DNA of 32,000 nt, from contig NZ_CP045650.1 in NCBI RefSeq assembly GCF_009557235.1, positions 2,280,001-2,312,000 of the forward strand, read 5' to 3'. Origin of the DNA: Acinetobacter wanghuae. GTDB lineage: Bacteria > Pseudomonadota > Gammaproteobacteria > Pseudomonadales > Moraxellaceae. The translations under genes were made by a program, and so were the position numbers. A model generated the notes under the pieces. The model saw only the letters and a program-made list of their open reading frames with translations, did no database searches and had not been told where the DNA came from. Shown piece by piece: positions 1 to 8,725 of this stretch (positions within the stretch are counted from its first letter, which is position 1; each line of letters starts with the position of its first letter).

Positions 1-189
1 CGCTTGCATAATCATGTTGTAAGCAGGACGATCTTTCACTGAACCTGCAGGGTTGTTGCCTTCTAGTTTTGCTAAAACTGTTGCTTGAGTGTGACTTGCG
101 AGACGCTGTAAACGCACCAGTGGCGTTTTGCCAACAAAGTGGTCTAATAAAAATTCGTCTTGTTCAAAATCAGGGTTGGTATTACTCAT
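1..189 (-). CDS. cysM: Cysteine synthase B (O-acetylserine sulfhydrylase), N-terminal 63 codons; the gene runs off the window start
   Basis: Not in the ORF track because it is truncated. My reverse-complement translation from the ATG at 189..187 gives MSNTNPDFEQDEFLLDHFVGKTPLVRLQRLASHTQATVLAKLEGNNPAGSVKDRPAYNMIMQA. The block KLEGNNPAGSVKDR (PLP-lysine motif) is nearly identical to E. coli CysM as I recall it. Confidence 0.88.
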   Translation of the reverse strand, partial: MSNTNPDFEQDEFLLDHFVGKTPLVRLQRLASHTQATVLAKLEGNNPAGSVKDRPAYNMIMQA

Positions 190-513
190 TATTCGCACCT
201 ATATCGAGGTGCGGCTATTGTATGAAAAAATGCCCTTTACTGCACTCATTTGCGCCAGCTTTTTCTTAAAACCCATGAAATAGCGGCTGTCTTTAGCTCA
301 GTCTCAAAAACGACAACGTACTATTCATCTTTTTTATCTTTTCACTATAGCAGTCAAAAGCATCAATGATTTTTATGGCTGACAAGAATTGGACTATAAG
401 TATGACAGCAGGAGTGGCTGATCTTTGCCCATGTGTGAAAATCATTGATGAAATTTTAACTGATGATTTAAAGCGTGCTAATATGCAACGCATAAGAAAA
501 TGCTGCTTGAATC

Positions 514-3321
514 ATGTCAAATATCAACAAAAAGCTGTTTAACCGTCTACACTTAAATCATGCCTACGGACAGTTGATTGCACTTATTTTTGTGCCGATT
601 ACGATTTTGGCGTGCGTGGGTGCAATACTGGTGATGTCAGAAACATCAAATGCCGCGCGTGCCCAACAAAAACAAATGGCGATTGCGATCCTGACCCGCT
701 TTCAAAGTACTTCTGAATCTGCCTTACAAATCGTGGAAAATTACCCATGGCAATATGATCAAGCACGTATTGCCATGCAAAATATGCTCAATGAAAAACA
801 TTTACTGCGTGCCGGCATTTTAGATGTTAAAGGCAAAAGCCGCTTAAGTATTGGCTTTCAAGATCAAGCACCGTGGCCAGCATTGACGACCCAAGCCAAT
901 TTTGTGGGTCCTATTTTGTATCACAACAATCATATCTATGCGATTCGGATCAACGAAAACACCCAAAATCCTGGCTGGCTTGCCATTGAACTCGACAACC
1001 AACCGTTAGAGATTGCACGTTATCGCGTGCTCATTGTATTGGTCGCGACTGGTTTATTAACCTTACTGTTACTGCTGCTGTGTTTGAATTTCTATTCACG
1101 TCGTTGGATTGCACCGATGTATGAAATTCGCATGCAGTTGCAACGTTTAAATGCCGACACGCTCGATCAGCATATGGTCATTAACAGTACGGGTGAACTG
1201 CGCTTACTACAACGCGATATTGCCAATGTGGTGAAACGCTTACATTTTAGTTTTTTAGAATTACGCGAACATACTGAACAGACAGAAGACGATTTAAGAC
1301 GAACCTTAGATACACTTGAAGTGCAGAACATTACTTATCGTCAAGCACGTGACCAAGCGATTTCAGCCAACCAAGCCAAGTCCGTTTTCCTTGCCAATAT
1401 TTCTCATGAATTACGCACACCTTTAAATAGCATTGATGGCTTTATTCATCTGCTCTTGCGTCAAGGCAACCTGAGTAATGAGCAAAGTTTATATCTACAA
1501 ACCATTCGTAAATCATCTGCACATTTGCTGGCACTGATTAATGATGTACTGGATTTTTCAAAAATTGATGCTGGTAAGTTAGAGCTCGAAACCGCCGCTT
1601 TTGATCTCGAAGAAGCCATTTTTGACGTGATGGACATGCTGTCGCCACTCGCAGCACAAAAGCATATTGATATGGCATTTTATTATGCCGATAGCATTCC
1701 TAAATGTGTGATTGGCGATGCTTTACGCTTTAAACAAATTCTGACCAATTTGATTTCGAATGCGATTAAATTCACGCCTGATGGTGAAATCATCGTACGG
1801 GCACGCATGGAACATGATGATATTGGCAAGTGTTTACTGCATTTTAGTGTGCAAGACAGCGGCATTGGTTTAAGTGGTACAGATCGTAAAAAACTCTTTG
1901 AATCTTTCTCGCAAGGCGATACTTCTGTCACACGTCAATTTGGTGGTACAGGTTTGGGCTTAGCCATTTCTAAGCAATTGGTCAGCCTGATGCATGGTCA
2001 AATTGGCTTTGAAGACAACCAAGAACGTGCACCGACTGAAAAAGGCTCAACTTTCTGGTTCACCGCTCAGTTTGATGTGGATGATGAACAGCTCATTGAA
2101 CATCCAAACTTTAATGACTTAACCGTGGTATCGAATTTAGCACATCCTGCAACGGCAAATGTTTTACGTCATTATTTAGAAAATTATCAGGTTCAGCATA
2201 CTGAAACCGCTTCTATTCTAGATTTATTCAGTCGTCTTAATCATCTAAAAAATACTGAGAATACATGGCTGATTGTCGATCACAGTGGGGATACTGAAGC
2301 CTTACTGACCGAAATTCGTAGTCGTTATCATGGCAATATTGCCGTTTACGGTTACCAAATGTCGATTGATCCAGACATGCTCAGCAAGCATGGTGCATTA
2401 GCATTGCATCAACCGCTCAGCCGTCGTGCCTTGATTCAACTGTTACGTAATCAGCCGATTTATGAAGCGGAAGTCCATGAAGAATTTAATGGTCAGGGCT
2501 TACATATTTTAGCGGTGGATGATCATTTACCAAACCTGATTGTACTTGAAGCGCTTTTGGCGGAGCTCAATGTTAAAACCACCAAAGCCACCAGTGGTCA
2601 AGAAGCGATCGAGATCATTCAACATCGTTATGAACAGTCTCAGCCTGCATTTGATTTAGTCTTTATGGATATTCAAATGCCTGTGATGTCTGGCATTGAT
2701 ACCACACGTGCATTACGCTCACTTGAATCAACCTTCGACAATCAGAAACGTTTACCGATTATTGCCTTAACGGCACATGCCCTCTCTGATGAAAAACAAA
2801 AGTTACTCCAAGTCGGGATGGATGATTACGTGACCAAACCAATTCAGATGGAACAGATTATTCAGATTCTGACGGATTGGACTACCGAAAGCTTTAAAAA
2901 AATGCCGGTGCTTGATCGTGCCAATATTGTTGATGCTTTAGATCCCAATATTTTAGATTGGCAACAGAGTTTACAACTGGCTGCCAATAAAGAAGATTTA
3001 GCGGTTGATTTGCTGCGTATGCTCTGTGACAGTTTTGACAACGAACTCAGCGAAATGCAGCAATTGGTTGAACTTGAAGATTTCCCACAACTTGAGCATG
3101 TACTACATCGACTTTATGGCGCGACACGCTATGTCGGTGTACCCACTTTGCAAAAAGTAAGCGGTGGCTTTGAACAATTCGTTTCAACCTTACGTAAAGA
3201 ACGTCGTAAAGCGGATGATGTGTTCATTGCTGAAGTGGTAAAACGTTTAGATGAACTGCGAAGCGTGATTGATCAAGTAATACAGGCAGCGCAGCAGATT
3301 TTGAATAAACAAAATAGCTAA
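514..3321 (+). CDS. gacS: Hybrid sensor histidine kinase / response regulator with C-terminal HPt domain (BarA/GacS type)
   Basis: 935-aa ORF with two TM segments flanking a periplasmic loop. It has an H-box SHELRTPLN, a G-box GTGLGLAIS, a receiver domain (DLVFMDIQMP...TKP) and an HPt motif (HRLYGATRYVG). As I recall, divergent placement from cysM is also the Pseudomonas gacS(lemA) arrangement. Confidence 0.85.
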   Translation: MSNINKKLFNRLHLNHAYGQLIALIFVPITILACVGAILVMSETSNAARAQQKQMAIAILTRFQSTSESALQIVENYPWQYDQARIAMQNMLNEKHLLRAGILDVKGKSRLSIGFQDQAPWPALTTQANFVGPILYHNNHIYAIRINENTQNPGWLAIELDNQPLEIARYRVLIVLVATGLLTLLLLLLCLNFYSRRWIAPMYEIRMQLQRLNADTLDQHMVINSTGELRLLQRDIANVVKRLHFSFLELREHTEQTEDDLRRTLDTLEVQNITYRQARDQAISANQAKSVFLANISHELRTPLNSIDGFIHLLLRQGNLSNEQSLYLQTIRKSSAHLLALINDVLDFSKIDAGKLELETAAFDLEEAIFDVMDMLSPLAAQKHIDMAFYYADSIPKCVIGDALRFKQILTNLISNAIKFTPDGEIIVRARMEHDDIGKCLLHFSVQDSGIGLSGTDRKKLFESFSQGDTSVTRQFGGTGLGLAISKQLVSLMHGQIGFEDNQERAPTEKGSTFWFTAQFDVDDEQLIEHPNFNDLTVVSNLAHPATANVLRHYLENYQVQHTETASILDLFSRLNHLKNTENTWLIVDHSGDTEALLTEIRSRYHGNIAVYGYQMSIDPDMLSKHGALALHQPLSRRALIQLLRNQPIYEAEVHEEFNGQGLHILAVDDHLPNLIVLEALLAELNVKTTKATSGQEAIEIIQHRYEQSQPAFDLVFMDIQMPVMSGIDTTRALRSLESTFDNQKRLPIIALTAHALSDEKQKLLQVGMDDYVTKPIQMEQIIQILTDWTTESFKKMPVLDRANIVDALDPNILDWQQSLQLAANKEDLAVDLLRMLCDSFDNELSEMQQLVELEDFPQLEHVLHRLYGATRYVGVPTLQKVSGGFEQFVSTLRKERRKADDVFIAEVVKRLDELRSVIDQVIQAAQQILNKQNS

Positions 3322-3421
3322 AAACTTGCAAAGGTTACAACAGCGCTGTGTGACTTGGCTGTCATGCAATATCCGTTAGGCACATGCTATGCTCAGTGCA
3401 ATAAAAATGAAGGGTTTTCAC

Positions 3422-4210
3422 ATGTCATTGGTACGCTTTGATAAAAATAATGGTATTGCCACGGTTACACTGAATCGTCCGGATAAACGTAATGCGATGA
3501 GCTTTGCTTTACTGCGCGAATTGGTCAAAATTGCCAATCAGATTAAAAAAGATAAAAGCATTCGTTGTGTCATTTTGACGGGCGAAGCACAGGTTTTTAG
3601 TGCCGGTATTGATTTAGCCGACTTAAACAATCCTAAAAATCGAGTATTTGCCGCTTGGGAGCTGATTCGTCCGGGGCAAAGTCTTTTCCAAAAAGCCTTT
3701 TTAATTTGGCAAGAATTGCCTGTTCCTGTCATTGCAGCCATTGAAGGCTACTGTTTTGGTGCCGGCATGCAATTGGCTTTAGCCGCAGATATTCGTATTG
3801 CTCATCCCACGACCCAAATGTCGATTATGGAAAGTCGTTGGGGCTTAGTACCAGACATGGGGCTAAGCCGTTCTCTCAAAGGCTTAATTGGTTTAGATTT
3901 GGCAAAAGAGCTGACACTGACTGCACGTATTTTTGATGCAACTTATGCGAATAACATTGGATTGATGACCCATGTGGATGAACAGCCTTTGGTCAAAGCA
4001 CAAGCCTTAGCAGAAGAAATGCTGCAACGTTCACCCGATGCCCTGATGGCATCTAAATTTGTGTTAGACGCGATGGAACATCGTCCAAATAAATCCTTAC
4101 GTATGGAAAAAATTTGGCAGCTTAAACTGTTACTTGGTAAGAATAGTCAATTGGCACGCAAAAAGGATAAAAATCCTGATGTACAATTTTTACCACGCCA
4201 ATATAAATAA
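3422..4210 (+). CDS. Enoyl-CoA hydratase/isomerase (crotonase) family protein
   Basis: The ORF track gives 3389..4210. I prefer the ATG at 3422 (MSLVRFDKNNGIATVTLNRPDKRNA...), which is preceded by GAAGGG. Crotonase signatures are present: LNRPxxxNA, FSAGIDL, GxxxGAGxxLALAADIRIA. Confidence 0.8.
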   Translation: MSLVRFDKNNGIATVTLNRPDKRNAMSFALLRELVKIANQIKKDKSIRCVILTGEAQVFSAGIDLADLNNPKNRVFAAWELIRPGQSLFQKAFLIWQELPVPVIAAIEGYCFGAGMQLALAADIRIAHPTTQMSIMESRWGLVPDMGLSRSLKGLIGLDLAKELTLTARIFDATYANNIGLMTHVDEQPLVKAQALAEEMLQRSPDALMASKFVLDAMEHRPNKSLRMEKIWQLKLLLGKNSQLARKKDKNPDVQFLPRQYK

Positions 4211-4233
4211 TTTCTTTCAATTTTAGGTATCAC

Positions 4234-5112
4234 TTGAGTCAAGCCATGCAATTTGATCAGAGTAGCAAAATCGCTTTTTTAGGTATGGGGTTAATGGGCA
4301 ATCGTATGACCACACGTTTGCTCAATGCCGGTTTTCAAGTCAGCGTATGGAATCGAACTGCAACTGCATGCGAATCCCTCATTCAACAAGGCGCGACGCT
4401 CGTTAATCTCGATCGTATTGCTGACTATGACCTGATCTTAAGCTGTTTAGCTGATGACCATGCCGTAGAGCACGTATTTACTCAAATTGAAAATGGTATT
4501 CGTGCGGATCAAGTGATTGTCGATTTCTCGAGTCTTTCAGTTGAGAAAACTCAAGAATTAGCCCGTCGTACTCAAGCAAAAGAGGCTATTTGGATTGACT
4601 CCCCTGTTTCGGGTGGCACGAATGGCGCTGAAGATGGCACATTGGTTGTATTTGCAGGCGGCGATGCAACGACTATTCAGGCATTGACCCCGATTTATCA
4701 GGTGCTTTCACAACGTGTCACCCGCATGGGTGAAACAGGTACAGGTCAAGCCACTAAAATTTGCAATCAACTCATCGTTGCTGCCAACAGTACTTTAATT
4801 GCTGAAGCAGTAGCACTGGCAGATTTGGCAGGTGTCGACACCACTTTACTTGCACCTGCATTAGCCGGTGGCTTTGCCGACTCGAAACCATTTCAGATCT
4901 TAGCACCACGCATGGCCACTCACACTTTTAAACCGGTGCAATGGAAAGTGCAAACCTTAGCAAAAGATTTAAACAATGCGCTGCAACTGGCAACAGCATT
5001 AAAGCTCGATATTCCGGTTGCAGAAAAAGCCTTATCGCAACTGAATGCGCATCAACAGTTAGGTCATGCTGAAGCAGATTTATCGACTGTCATTCAACAG
5101 GTTCAAAAGTAA
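4234..5112 (+). CDS. NAD(P)-dependent 3-hydroxyisobutyrate dehydrogenase family oxidoreductase (tartronate semialdehyde reductase-like)
   Basis: N-terminal Rossmann motif IAFLGMGLMGNRM; central DSPVSGG and GxGQxxKxxNQ motifs typical of the HIBADH/GarR/GlxR family. The start is either TTG at 4234 (preceded by TAGGT) or ATG at 4246. Confidence 0.8.
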   Translation: MSQAMQFDQSSKIAFLGMGLMGNRMTTRLLNAGFQVSVWNRTATACESLIQQGATLVNLDRIADYDLILSCLADDHAVEHVFTQIENGIRADQVIVDFSSLSVEKTQELARRTQAKEAIWIDSPVSGGTNGAEDGTLVVFAGGDATTIQALTPIYQVLSQRVTRMGETGTGQATKICNQLIVAANSTLIAEAVALADLAGVDTTLLAPALAGGFADSKPFQILAPRMATHTFKPVQWKVQTLAKDLNNALQLATALKLDIPVAEKALSQLNAHQQLGHAEADLSTVIQQVQK

Positions 5113-5135
5113 AGCGCTCTTTTAAGGATATCTTC

Positions 5136-5924
5136 ATGCACAAACTTGCTGTTAATTTGTCGATGATTTTTACCGAAGTGCCGTTGATTGAGCGTTTTGC
5201 TTTGGCTCGATCTCATGGCTTTGATCATGTGGAAATTCAATTTCCCTATGAACTCAATATTGATCAAATCCGTCATGAATTACGTGTACATGACTTAAGC
5301 TTATGTCTGATTAATGTTCCTGCAGGTGATTTAATGCAAGGCGGCAATGGAATTGCGGGTATTCCCGGGCAAGAAATTGCTTTTCATCAGACCATGCAAC
5401 AAGCGATAGAATATGCCTCGGCTTTAAATGTACCGAGCATCAATATTCTGGCAGGAAAACAACCGCTCGATAGTGACTTATTGCCTTGTCTTGAAACCTT
5501 GTCGAGCAATTTGAAAATGGCATGCTCCATGTTGGCAGACTATGACATTCAGCCCGTGTTCGAGATGATTAATGGCAAGGATATGCCACGCTTTTTAATT
5601 CAAAATGTGGCACAAGCCCAAGAAATGCTTGAAGCTGTCAATCATCCTGCCTTAAAAATGCAATATGATTGTTATCACATGGCCATGATGGGCGAAGATA
5701 TTTTAGCTGCACTGCAAGAAAATATTCAAATGATTGGTCATATTCAATTTGCCGACTGTCCGGGACGCCACGAACCCAACACCGCAGCAATCAATTATAA
5801 TGATATCTTTACATGGCTTGCACAAAGTAATTATGCAGGCTTTATTGCCGCTGAATACAAGCCTAGCAATCATTCCAACGAATCCTTCGCATGGAAAAAT
5901 CGTTATTTCCCACAAGGAAACTAA
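5136..5924 (+). CDS. hyi: Hydroxypyruvate isomerase family protein (TIM-barrel xylose-isomerase-like)
   Basis: The 262-aa protein aligns by eye along its whole length with E. coli Hyi (ANLSMxF..., NxPAGD, IPG, QYDxYHM, IGHxQxAD, EYKP). An AAGGA Shine-Dalgarno (SD) sits 7 nt upstream of the ATG. Confidence 0.82.
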   Translation: MHKLAVNLSMIFTEVPLIERFALARSHGFDHVEIQFPYELNIDQIRHELRVHDLSLCLINVPAGDLMQGGNGIAGIPGQEIAFHQTMQQAIEYASALNVPSINILAGKQPLDSDLLPCLETLSSNLKMACSMLADYDIQPVFEMINGKDMPRFLIQNVAQAQEMLEAVNHPALKMQYDCYHMAMMGEDILAALQENIQMIGHIQFADCPGRHEPNTAAINYNDIFTWLAQSNYAGFIAAEYKPSNHSNESFAWKNRYFPQGN

Positions 5925-6006
5925 TACGCATATCGGCTTGATTTGAATTTCACCGACAAAACCGCTATATTAGATCATGCATAATTGTTAGGAAATTATA
6001 CCCCCC

Positions 6007-6408
6007 ATGAATTTAGAACCATCGCCCAGCGCTTCTAATTCTCACGATCAAACTATGAATTCACATGCTCAAGCTGTAAAAGATTGTTTAAAAGTCGTAC
6101 ACAGCGCTCTTGAAGATGTAAAAGCAAAAGAAATTGTTGAAATCGATGTCACTACCATCAGTAATGTTGCTGATGCGATGGTCATTGCAAGCGGTACATC
6201 AACTCGTCATATCAAATCATTGGCGAATAACGTTGCTGAAGAAGCACGTAAAGCTGGCTTCCGCCCGATTGGTATTGAAGGTGAACGTGATGCTGAGTGG
6301 ATCTTAATCGACTTAGGTTATGTGGTTGTTCACTGCATGCTCCCAACTGCGCGTAAATTCTATGACCTAGAAAGCTTATGGCGTAATCCTACAGATACTG
6401 TAGCGTAA
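6007..6408 (+). CDS. rsfS: Ribosome silencing factor RsfS (Iojap family), with a Ser/Pro-rich N-terminal extension
   Basis: The core VIASGTSTRHIKSLANNV...WILIDLGYVVVHCMLPTARKFYDLESLW is typical RsfS/YbeB. An internal ATG at 6055 is an alternative start. Confidence 0.88.
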   Translation: MNLEPSPSASNSHDQTMNSHAQAVKDCLKVVHSALEDVKAKEIVEIDVTTISNVADAMVIASGTSTRHIKSLANNVAEEARKAGFRPIGIEGERDAEWILIDLGYVVVHCMLPTARKFYDLESLWRNPTDTVA

Positions 6409-6420
6409 AACCGAATATTA

Positions 6421-6449
6421 AAAAAAGCGACCGATTGGGTCGCTTTTTT
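6421..6449. terminator. Bidirectional Rho-independent terminator between convergent rsfS and the amt operon
   Basis: AAAAAAGCGACC-gatt-GGGTCGCTTTTTT: a GC-rich stem flanked by an A-run and a T-run. Confidence 0.85.
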
Positions 6450-6470
6450 ATGCCTAAAATCTACCTAGAG

Positions 6471-7079
6471 CTAAAGCAATTGCTGTAAATCAAGATCAGG
6501 ATAATTGAGTTTCATATCTGTCTTGCCTTGTGCATAGATATGATCACTTTTTTGTGGACCATAAAATTCACAACACACCGTATACAAGGCTGTAATACCT
6601 TTTGCGGCTTGACTCATCGGCAAACTTTGCATCAATGCTTGTGCAGTATTGTCATAAGGCTTGAGTAATGCATTGGAGAGTTGATCCCGATGCAACTGTT
6701 GCTTAAGCACCGTGGTAAATTCATCTAAATCATTGACTTGCACACGATTTAAAACATGATTCACAAAATCATCATAAGCTTTATATAAATCATCCGAATC
6801 GACAAAGGTTTTATCTTCATCGGTTTTCAGTAATTCTACTTTTTCTAGATGACTCAGCTCATGAATCACCTGTTTGAGCATGTCTTTACGATGCTGTTTT
6901 AAATCCTCGGTGGTACAAATTTCATTTAAAAAACGATTCAATACAAAAGCCGGTTTTTCGCTATATTCCTGCTCCCAATAATTCAGGACGCGCTCCAAAC
7001 TTGAGCCTTGAAAATACTGTTTTAATCCACGTTGAATTGCTTGACGGCGCTGCGCCACATTGAATACTTCAGCATTCAT
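6471..7079 (-). CDS. Hypothetical acidic cytoplasmic protein (202 aa), second gene of the amt operon
   Basis: Clean ORF. A GAGGAG SD lies 6 nt before the ATG and only 15 nt after the amt stop codon. There is no TM segment or signal peptide and no motif I recognise. Confidence 0.75.
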   Translation of the reverse strand: MNAEVFNVAQRRQAIQRGLKQYFQGSSLERVLNYWEQEYSEKPAFVLNRFLNEICTTEDLKQHRKDMLKQVIHELSHLEKVELLKTDEDKTFVDSDDLYKAYDDFVNHVLNRVQVNDLDEFTTVLKQQLHRDQLSNALLKPYDNTAQALMQSLPMSQAAKGITALYTVCCEFYGPQKSDHIYAQGKTDMKLNYPDLDLQQLL

Positions 7080-7094
7080 CGGTATCTCCTCACA

Positions 7095-8429
7095 TCAATG
7101 GCGCTTGTTAATCTCATCGGTATCGAAAGTAATATCACGCTGAAATTCAGGATAAGATAATTCCGCATGTTCGGTATAATCCAAGCCGCGTTGTTCATGC
7201 TGCGCACTCACACGTAGGCCACCGAGTATGAGATGTAACACCTTAAACACAATAAATGCCACACCAAAGCCCCAAGCAAAACCTGCTGCGACACCGATGG
7301 CTTGAACAGCAACGATTGAGCTATTAAACATATTACTTTCAAAGAAAATACCGGCTGCGATCGTGCCCCATGCACCGCAAAAACCATGAACAGTCACTGC
7401 ATCGACCACATCATCAACACGGCATTTCTCAAGCATTCGTGGTAAGACACTGACCATTAACCCTGCGATTGAGCCTGTTAAAATGGCATAGACTGGATTC
7501 ATAGTGGCACAGCCAGCCGTAATGCCGACCAAACCACCTAATGATGCGTTAATGGTTGTTTTAATGAGAATCGCTTTACGGCGCACTAAGGCATATAACA
7601 TATAAGTCACGGCTGCTGCACAGGCTGCCAAGTGAGTATTCAGTGCAATTCGACCAATACTGACATCAGCATTAACTGTCGATGCGGCGTTAAAACCAAA
7701 CCAAGCTAACCATAAAATAAAGCCACCTAATGCCACGAGCGGCAAACTATGCCCTGGCAACGCGTGTATTTGACCATGACGACCGAAACGTCCTAAGCGT
7801 GGACCTAAGACAATAATACCGGCAAGTGCCACCCAGCCCCCCATAGAGTGCACCACCGTTGAGCCAGCAAAATCGATAAAGCCCATCGCTTTGAGCCAAC
7901 CTTCACCTTCAAACAAGCTGCCCCATGCCCAACTGCCAAATACGGGATAAATCAAACCACTCACGAAAGCAGCACTCACCACATAGGCAACGAAATGAAT
8001 TCGCTCAGCCATTGCTCCACTCGCAATCGTAGTAGCTGTTGCGGCAAACATCATTTGGAAAAATAGTAAATTCCAGTCCCAACTGGCTAATTGATCGGGT
8101 GCAAAATGCGACATGCCGAGCCAACCGCTATGATTCACCCCAAACATGAGACCAAAGCCCACCAACCAAAAGACTAAGCCACCAAGACAAGCATCCATAT
8201 AATTTTTCATTAAAACATTCACGGTATTCTTACTGCGCACAGAGCCACTTTCAACCAGTGCAAAACCCGCCTGCATAAAGAAAACTAAAATGCCGCCCAT
8301 CACCACCCAAACACTGTCGATTGAAACACGAATTTCTTGTATATTTTTAATCACATCGGCTTGTTCTGCTGCATATGCAGGCAAACTTATTAGACCCAAC
8401 AATAGCCAAAATACTTTATTTATTTTCAT
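7095..8429 (-). CDS. amt: Ammonium transporter (Amt family) with N-terminal signal peptide
   Basis: 444 aa and multi-TM. The signal peptide is MKINKVFWLLLGLISLPAYA. Amt signatures are present (DFAGSTVVH, GxxGxxxLGPR, VHGxCGxWG) plus a C-terminal ...EQRGLDYTEHAE tail. Confidence 0.92.
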   Translation of the reverse strand: MKINKVFWLLLGLISLPAYAAEQADVIKNIQEIRVSIDSVWVVMGGILVFFMQAGFALVESGSVRSKNTVNVLMKNYMDACLGGLVFWLVGFGLMFGVNHSGWLGMSHFAPDQLASWDWNLLFFQMMFAATATTIASGAMAERIHFVAYVVSAAFVSGLIYPVFGSWAWGSLFEGEGWLKAMGFIDFAGSTVVHSMGGWVALAGIIVLGPRLGRFGRHGQIHALPGHSLPLVALGGFILWLAWFGFNAASTVNADVSIGRIALNTHLAACAAAVTYMLYALVRRKAILIKTTINASLGGLVGITAGCATMNPVYAILTGSIAGLMVSVLPRMLEKCRVDDVVDAVTVHGFCGAWGTIAAGIFFESNMFNSSIVAVQAIGVAAGFAWGFGVAFIVFKVLHLILGGLRVSAQHEQRGLDYTEHAELSYPEFQRDITFDTDEINKRH

Positions 8430-8459
8430 AGAATACCCCTGTATCTAAAGCAAGGGATA

Positions 8460-8474
8460 GCAAGAAGAATGCCA
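8460..8474 (-). promoter_or_regulatory. Putative sigma-54 (-24/-12) promoter of amt
   Basis: The minus strand reads TGGCAT-tcttc-TTGCT, matching TGGCAC-N5-TTGCW at 14 of 15 defined positions. It ends about 30 nt upstream of the amt ATG, with an AGGGG SD in between. A TGCACCA half-site (8556..8562) about 90 bp further upstream could be an NtrC-type enhancer half-site. Confidence 0.6.
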
Positions 8475-8646
8475 CAAGTGATTCTTCGAGAAATGTCGTA
8501 TTTTGTGCAAATTCTTGCTGCTTTGAACAACCTCATTCAATCTATGTTTAGATCGTGCACCAAAGCAACTCACGCTGAATCAAAAGTGCATTTTATGGAG
8601 GATTTTGACAAAGAAGTGAACTCTTTTGAGACATAAAAGTAGATAT

Positions 8647-8675
8647 AAAAAAACCACCCGAAGGTGGTTTTTTTA
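8647..8675 (-). terminator. Rho-independent terminator downstream of pntB
   Basis: AAAAAAACCACC-cgaa-GGTGGTTTTTTT: symmetric, so usable on either strand. Confidence 0.85.
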
Positions 8676-8687
8676 TTAAGTCACTCT

Positions 8688-8711
8688 AACCTTTCTTTTA
8701 AAAGAAAGGTT
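8688..8711. repeat. Perfect 24-nt palindrome AACCTTTCTTTTAAAAGAAAGGTT immediately 3' of pntB
   Basis: Read directly: the first 12 nt are the exact reverse complement of the last 12 nt. Confidence 0.9.
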
Positions 8712-8725
8712 GAACGAGACTTCAA

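Noticed and set aside
69-493. ORF 69..269 (+) and ORF 293..493 (-) near the window start.
   Set aside because: The first is antisense to the cysM N-terminus, which has an unmistakable KLEGNNPAGSVKDR motif. The second lies in the cysM-gacS divergent promoter region, has no SD, and gives a low-complexity, junk-like translation.
8556-8591. NtrC enhancer sites upstream of the amt sigma-54 promoter.
   Set aside because: Only half-sites (TGCACCA at 8556..8562; GTGCAT at 8586..8591) are present, not a full TGCACC-N5-GGTGCA dyad. They are mentioned as supportive context only and not called as a feature.
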